From NCBI GenBank assembly GCA_965223075.1, contig OZ244986.1:3204462-3268461 (forward strand): a DNA stretch of 64,000 bases, read 5' to 3'. The notes under the pieces are model-generated. The model was given only the letters and a program-made list of their open reading frames with translations, was not told the origin of the DNA and made no database searches. Below, in pieces: positions 59,655 through 64,000 of this stretch. How positions within the stretch are numbered: the first letter of the stretch is position 1; each line of letters begins with the position of its first letter. The translations under genes were made by a program, and so were the position numbers. This stretch comes from Candidatus Marinacidobacterium sp. GTDB taxonomy: Bacteria > Acidobacteriota > Vicinamibacteria > Marinacidobacterales > Marinacidobacteraceae.

Positions 59655-60050
59655 GCGCTGGTTTCGCGCTCCCGCGCGATGCCGGTCTGAAGGCCCCCAC
59701 CGGGAGAAACCTTCATGATCGGTCCGCCTGCACACCCCGCCGGGCATGAAAAGGCGCGGACGCGGAACGCCGAAGGTGCAAGGTGGTGACGGCCGCACGG
59801 GAACGCCGGCCTCCGGCCGGCACAGCCCGCCGAAGGCGGGCGGCGGGAAGGATCCCCAGTTCCGAGGTGGTCCCTTCTCGGCGGGAATCCCAGCGTTCGG
59901 CGTAATCCGTACATGGGAGGGGCAGACACCGTTCGCAGCGCTGCGGGTCCCATGTCTGCGCCCCGTCAAGGCGGACGGCCAGGAACCGCCCGCGGCCCTG
60001 CGGGCCGCTGTGCCGGCCGGAGGCCGGCGTTCCAAGCCGTCCCCGCCAAT
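59655..60050. repeat. Cluster of REP-like units in both orientations
   Basis: GGGAACGCCGGCCTCCGGCCGGCAC... and the reverse-orientation GCCGGCCGGAGGCCGGCGTTCCAAGCCGTCCCCGCC... Confidence 0.75.
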
Positions 60051-60191
60051 TGCGCCGTCGGCTATTCGCGCTCTCAGGCCCATCCGCACTGTCGGCTTCC
60101 GGTCGCGGCTGCATTTTCACAGCAACTGGCGGCGTTCCCTGACCCGGCCGCCCTTCACGCACGACGGATGAACACGATTTCGCCCACTTGG

Positions 60192-61442
60192 TCAGCCCGT
60201 CGCCGCCGGCGTTCCGGAGCCGGATGACTGCGGCATCGGTTTCCGAGTCGCAAACGTGCTCCCTTCCCACCGCGCCACGACGGCCGGCGCGGCGCAGTGG
60301 CTCGCGACGTTCACGCTCGTCCGGATCGGATCAATCAGCGCGTCGATGCCGAGCAGGATGCCGAGTCCCTCCATTGGCAGGCCATGCCCCTGGAAGATGG
60401 CCGCGAGGATCACGAAGTTGGCGCGCGGAACGCCGGCCACACCCTTGCTCGTCACCTTCAGCGTCAGCAGGATGACCGCCTGCTGCTCCCACGAGAGCTC
60501 GATCCCGGCCGCCTGCGCGATGAACAGAGTCGCCATCCCCAGGTGAATCGTGCTGCCGTTCAGATTCAGGCTCAGGCTCAGCGGCGTAACCACTCCGAGG
60601 ATGCGTCGCGGCACCCCGAATCGCTGCAGGTTCTCGAGGGTCTGGGGTAAGGCGGCGGCGCTCGATGTGGTCGCGAAGCCCACAAGGAACGGCTCGCGCG
60701 CGAAATGCGCGAACCGCCGCAGCGGAATGCCGCACAAGAACAGCCCTCCCGCCAGCACTGCCCCGAGGAAGAGCCCCTGCGCAAGCCAGGCGACGGCCGC
60801 GAACTCGGCCAGGCCCTCCAGGCCGGCGGAACCGCCTCCCGCGACCGCATTGGCGGCCGCTGCAAACACTGCCAGGGGCGCCAGGTACATGACGTAGTCG
60901 GTGTAGCGGAACGCGACTTCCGCGAGCGCATCGGCGAAATCCACCACCGGCCGGGCTCTGCTGCCCACCGAGAGGCAGGCAATCCCGAACACGAAACAGA
61001 ACACGACGATCTGCAGCACGTCGCCCCTTGCCAGGGCGTCCACGATGCTCGTCGGAACGGCGTTTTGGAGGGCTTCGATGAAACCGGCCGCTTCCGGGAG
61101 TTCCATGCCGGGGGCCGCATCCAGCGACAGGCCGTCGCCCGGCCTGGTCAGCATCACGCTGAACCAGCCGAGCAGCAGAGCGATCGTCGTGGCGATTTCG
61201 AAGCAGACCACCGACTTCCAGCCCAACCGCCCCAGCGCGCCCATGGACCCGGCGCCGGCGATCGCCCGGATCAACACGCCCACCAGCACCGGGGCGATGA
61301 TCGACCGGATCAGCCGCAGGAACAGGTCGCTCAGGAACTCGATCCGCTCCGCCAAGTGCGGCGCCCAGAGGCCGAGGCACACGCCCGCGGCCATCCCGAT
61401 GAGGATCCACCAGGCAAGCGAGACTCTGGGGAGGCGGGGCAC
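60192..61442 (-). CDS. Dicarboxylate/amino-acid:cation symporter (DAACS, GltP/DctA-like)
   Basis: 416 aa polytopic; typical DAACS TM1 (VSLAWWILIGMAAGVCLG) and conserved C-terminal half; GTG start. Confidence 0.8.
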   Translation of the reverse strand: MPRLPRVSLAWWILIGMAAGVCLGLWAPHLAERIEFLSDLFLRLIRSIIAPVLVGVLIRAIAGAGSMGALGRLGWKSVVCFEIATTIALLLGWFSVMLTRPGDGLSLDAAPGMELPEAAGFIEALQNAVPTSIVDALARGDVLQIVVFCFVFGIACLSVGSRARPVVDFADALAEVAFRYTDYVMYLAPLAVFAAAANAVAGGGSAGLEGLAEFAAVAWLAQGLFLGAVLAGGLFLCGIPLRRFAHFAREPFLVGFATTSSAAALPQTLENLQRFGVPRRILGVVTPLSLSLNLNGSTIHLGMATLFIAQAAGIELSWEQQAVILLTLKVTSKGVAGVPRANFVILAAIFQGHGLPMEGLGILLGIDALIDPIRTSVNVASHCAAPAVVARWEGSTFATRKPMPQSSGSGTPAATG

Positions 61443-61549
61443 CGGGCGGGTCCGGCGCCCCAGCGTACCAGCGGTGACTCCCCGCCGACCCGCTCCCTGG
61501 GGCTCCGAGCATCGCGTAGCGGAAAGCTGTTGGGTTCGATGGCGCTGCC

Positions 61550-61695
61550 GGGAAGGGAGCGCCGGTCTTCAGACCGGCATAGCCCCGCATAGCGGGGCGG
61601 ATCACGTACCGCCGACCGCGAAAAAGCGCGGGGACGGCTTGGAACGCCGACCTCCGGTCGGCACCGCGGCCCGACAGGGCCGCGACGGGCGCCTT
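61550..61695. repeat. REP-like units (type B start plus type A unit)
   Basis: GGGAGCGCCGGTCTTCAGACCGGCAT... then AAAAAGCGCGGGGACGGCTTGGAACGCCGACCTCCGGTCGGCACCGCGGCC. Confidence 0.8.
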
Positions 61696-61838
61696 GTGCG
61701 CTGCAAGGATGGCGCTACCCCTTTGCGCCGCTCATCGTTGCGGTTCGGTCGAAATACACCGGGTATTCCTCCCTCGCGCGTCTTGTCAGCCGGGCGCCTC
61801 TCCGCTCTCGGCGCGCACGCCACTTTATCCACCGGCTG

Positions 61839-63044
61839 CTAGCGAAGCGCTGCCACCACCTGTCCGAGCGCCGTCAACGACAGCTCCGAGAGGTTCAACC
61901 CGTCACCCCCCACGTTCCGTAGCAGGACCACCGCGGCGTCGGTCTCCGGTTCGATCCAGGCGGCGGCCCGGTAGCCGGCCACGCTTCCCCCGTGGCCATA
62001 GGCGGTGAACGAATTGCCGTCCGCGTCGTCAAGGCGACGGGCCATGAACCCGAAGCCGTAACCGCTTGCCAGATCCCCGGTGGCGAACGCCTTCGTCAGG
62101 TTTTCCTGACGGACGGACGACGGAATCACGTCGTCGAACGGTTCCCCCTCGACCCCGGTCAGAAACCGCAGGAACACTCCCAGGTCTTCGACCGTCGAGT
62201 AGAGCGCGCCGTTCGGCACCTTGTAGCCGCGCCCCGCGTGTTCCCGCGCCGGCGTTTCCGCATCGAGGCTGCCGTCGTCTTCCACCGTGAGTCCTTCCGC
62301 GATGCGGTCCTCAAGCTCCGGCGTCGGGAAGAAGGCGCTCGAGTCCATCCCGAGCGGGGCGAGGAGGTTCTCCGCGACGTGCGCCATGAAGGGCTCACCG
62401 GCAGCCCGCTCCACGGCGGCCCCGAGCATTGCGTAGCCGATGTTCGAGTACTGGTAGCGGGTTCCGGGTTCGTACTCGAACGAGGTTGCTTCGAGAGCAC
62501 GGAGCGCCGTGTCGAGCCAGTCCTCCGGAGCCCCCACCAGGTAGCGCGGGAGGTCCTCCGGTTCGCGGGCGAGCCCGGCGGTCATGGTCGCGAGTTGGAA
62601 GATGCTCGGGCCGGGGGTCCAGGAAAAGGGATTCTGGACCTGCTCCAGCTCCGGCACGAACGTGGTCACCGGATCCCCGAACCGGGCCTTCCCGAGGTGG
62701 ACGAGCTGCAGCATCGCCATGGCGGTCACCGGTTTCGTGATCGACCCGATCCGGAACAGATGATCGGCCCGGGCGGGGACCTGACCCTCGGTGTCCGCGA
62801 ACCCGAACCCCTCCGCCACCAGCACGTCTCCGCCCACCACGATCCCGAACGCCGCCCCGCCGCGTCCGTCCTCCTCGATGATCCGGCGAACCTCTTCGGC
62901 GGCTGCAGCCGCCGCCTCCGGCGCGGAAGGCGGTTGCTCCGGCGCGGACTCGGGTCCGCAGGCTGCGATCGCCGCCCCGAACAGCACGAGAACCACCGCC
63001 CGCCGGCGGCTGGCCCGAAAGACGAAACGCGAGAGGAAGGACAT
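61839..63044 (-). CDS. Beta-lactamase-family serine hydrolase (class C/PBP-like) lipoprotein
   Basis: SxxK motif SITK, YSN motif, lipoprotein signal ...AAIAACG; start trimmed to ATG 63042-63044. Confidence 0.8.
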   Translation of the reverse strand: MSFLSRFVFRASRRRAVVLVLFGAAIAACGPESAPEQPPSAPEAAAAAAEEVRRIIEEDGRGGAAFGIVVGGDVLVAEGFGFADTEGQVPARADHLFRIGSITKPVTAMAMLQLVHLGKARFGDPVTTFVPELEQVQNPFSWTPGPSIFQLATMTAGLAREPEDLPRYLVGAPEDWLDTALRALEATSFEYEPGTRYQYSNIGYAMLGAAVERAAGEPFMAHVAENLLAPLGMDSSAFFPTPELEDRIAEGLTVEDDGSLDAETPAREHAGRGYKVPNGALYSTVEDLGVFLRFLTGVEGEPFDDVIPSSVRQENLTKAFATGDLASGYGFGFMARRLDDADGNSFTAYGHGGSVAGYRAAAWIEPETDAAVVLLRNVGGDGLNLSELSLTALGQVVAALR

Positions 63045-63082
63045 GCCGCTGGGAACGATACCCGGGGAGGTCGCGCCGCCTG

Positions 63083-63320
63083 TCAGTAATTCCAGTTTTC
63101 GTGGGCCAGCGGGGCGCGGTCGAGTTCCGCTCGCCGGATGCGCCACTGTGGCAGGTGGCGGTCCATCAGGGCGTGAAACCGCTCGTTGTGGTGGCTCTCG
63201 ACAAGATGCGCCATCTCGTGCACGAGGATGTATTCCAGGCAGGACGGCGGTTTCTTCGCCAGTTCGAGGTTCAGCCAGATCCGGCGCGCCCTCGGATTGC
63301 ACGAGCCCCAGCAGGTCTTC
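63083..63320 (-). pseudogene. C-terminal fragment of a YgjP/DUF45 (SprT-like, HExxH) metallo-hydrolase
   Basis: ...WGSCNPRARRIWLNLELAKKPPSCLEYILVHEMAHLVESHHNERFHALMDRHLPQWR parallels the YgjP C-terminus including HEMAH; no matching N-terminal half in frame. Confidence 0.5.
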
Positions 63321-63543
63321 ATCCGCCCTGATTCGCACCTCGGCGACCTTCGCTCAGAGCCTTGGCGAAGACCGCACTGTCGTTCTCCCGGCGTTCCAGC
63401 CAGCCGCGGAGCAGGTCCGCTCCGACATTCCGGTTGTTCGGGCGGCTGGTCCAGTCGCCGAGGTAGCGGTACCCGAGCGCGTCCCGGAAGAACGCGATGA
63501 CCCGCTCCTGGGTCCGCTTCTCCCGCTCGCCGACGGCGCTCAC
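63319..63543 (-). pseudogene. N-terminal fragment resembling a type I restriction enzyme HsdR N-terminus, fused or abutting the ygjP fragment
   Basis: EREKRTQERVIAFFRDALGYRYLGDW...NNRNVGADLLRGWL resembles the HsdR_N pattern (SE..E..I..L..LGY.Y...); ORF is only 74 aa and terminates where the ygjP fragment begins. Confidence 0.35.
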
Positions 63544-63962
63544 GCGGGCATCGCGGCGGGCTCGCCCCCATCCGGTGGCCGATACTCCACGAGCGCCGAC
63601 CGGCCCTGGATGTCGACGATGCGGATCACCCGTTCTTGCCCCTCCGCGTCCGTCAAGCGCAATTCGTCACCCGGATTGAATGGGACCGGTTGAGGCTTCC
63701 CACCGTCCACGGCGATGTTGAAGGTGTACAGATACGTGCGGTCCAGCGGGTCCCGGATGGGATTGATCCACCCGGTAAGCCCCGGAACGGGGCCCGTAGC
63801 GTCGAAGAAAATCACCGATCCCCCGCCGGGGAGGGCTTCCAACGCCAAATAGAGGGATCCGTCGTCGGGAATCCAGCCCTCCTGCATGCAGGCGCGGAAC
63901 CCGTCCCGCGCCGCGAACACCGTCATGGGAAGGTGTGTCGAGTGCAGTTCGATGCTCGCCAT
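63540..63962 (-). CDS. Hypothetical protein (140 aa)
   Basis: Clean ORF without recognisable motifs; stop overlaps the hsdR-like fragment start. Confidence 0.35.
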   Translation of the reverse strand: MASIELHSTHLPMTVFAARDGFRACMQEGWIPDDGSLYLALEALPGGGSVIFFDATGPVPGLTGWINPIRDPLDRTYLYTFNIAVDGGKPQPVPFNPGDELRLTDAEGQERVIRIVDIQGRSALVEYRPPDGGEPAAMPA

Positions 63963-64000
63963 GCCGTCTTCATCCGTGATCGCGCGCTTCCAGGTTTTGT

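Overview
This is a high-GC (~70%) chromosomal window, probably from a Gemmatimonadota-like genome, that carries much more defence and accessory cargo than ordinary housekeeping DNA. It is punctuated by a genome-specific family of intergenic REP-like hairpin repeats at more than 12 loci. In order along the window: (1) On the minus strand at the left end sit an EgtB-like sulfoxide synthase and a tripartite MacAB/HlyD-type ABC efflux operon. (2) A ~16 kb defence island (6.5-22.9 kb) is bounded by REP clusters. It opens with a Gp49/HigB-like toxin and an XRE antitoxin, followed by a long plus-strand operon. Its core is the SNF2+DUF3883 helicase / DUF1156 adenine-methylase / Swt1-HEPN-DUF499 ATPase triad, a predicted but essentially uncharacterised R-M-like system. 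Three lower-GC pieces interrupt that core: a Panacea (DUF4065) plus TIR-like (PF10137) gene pair, a methylase mid-segment of lower GC, and an Mrr-like endonuclease. The operon ends in three translationally coupled genes for a DinJ-like protein, a DUF6884-like protein and an HhH-GPD glycosylase-like protein. (3) A minus-strand RND operon encodes a periplasmic adaptor and two tandem permeases. (4) A tRNA-Val(UAC) gene is followed by two long perfect hairpins. (5) Seven tandem paralogues of a CBM9-like/DUF5916 outer-membrane beta-barrel family fall into two subfamilies. The first two carry ECF-type GGAAC-N17-CGTT promoters and the array uses near-cognate TTG/GTG starts. The array is interrupted twice, once by a DUF1016/YhcG PD-(D/E)xK nuclease and once by a higBA pair plus a small gene plus a repeat lipoprotein. 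(6) A low-GC 1261-aa SIR2-like (DSR-like) giant protein lies directly downstream of vapBC and is bracketed by imperfect direct repeats of the vapC 3' end. (7) The right end holds a CitE-like lyase, a DAACS symporter, a beta-lactamase-family serine hydrolase, and fused remnants of hsdR and ygjP. Many long six-frame ORFs are antisense GC artefacts and are rejected.
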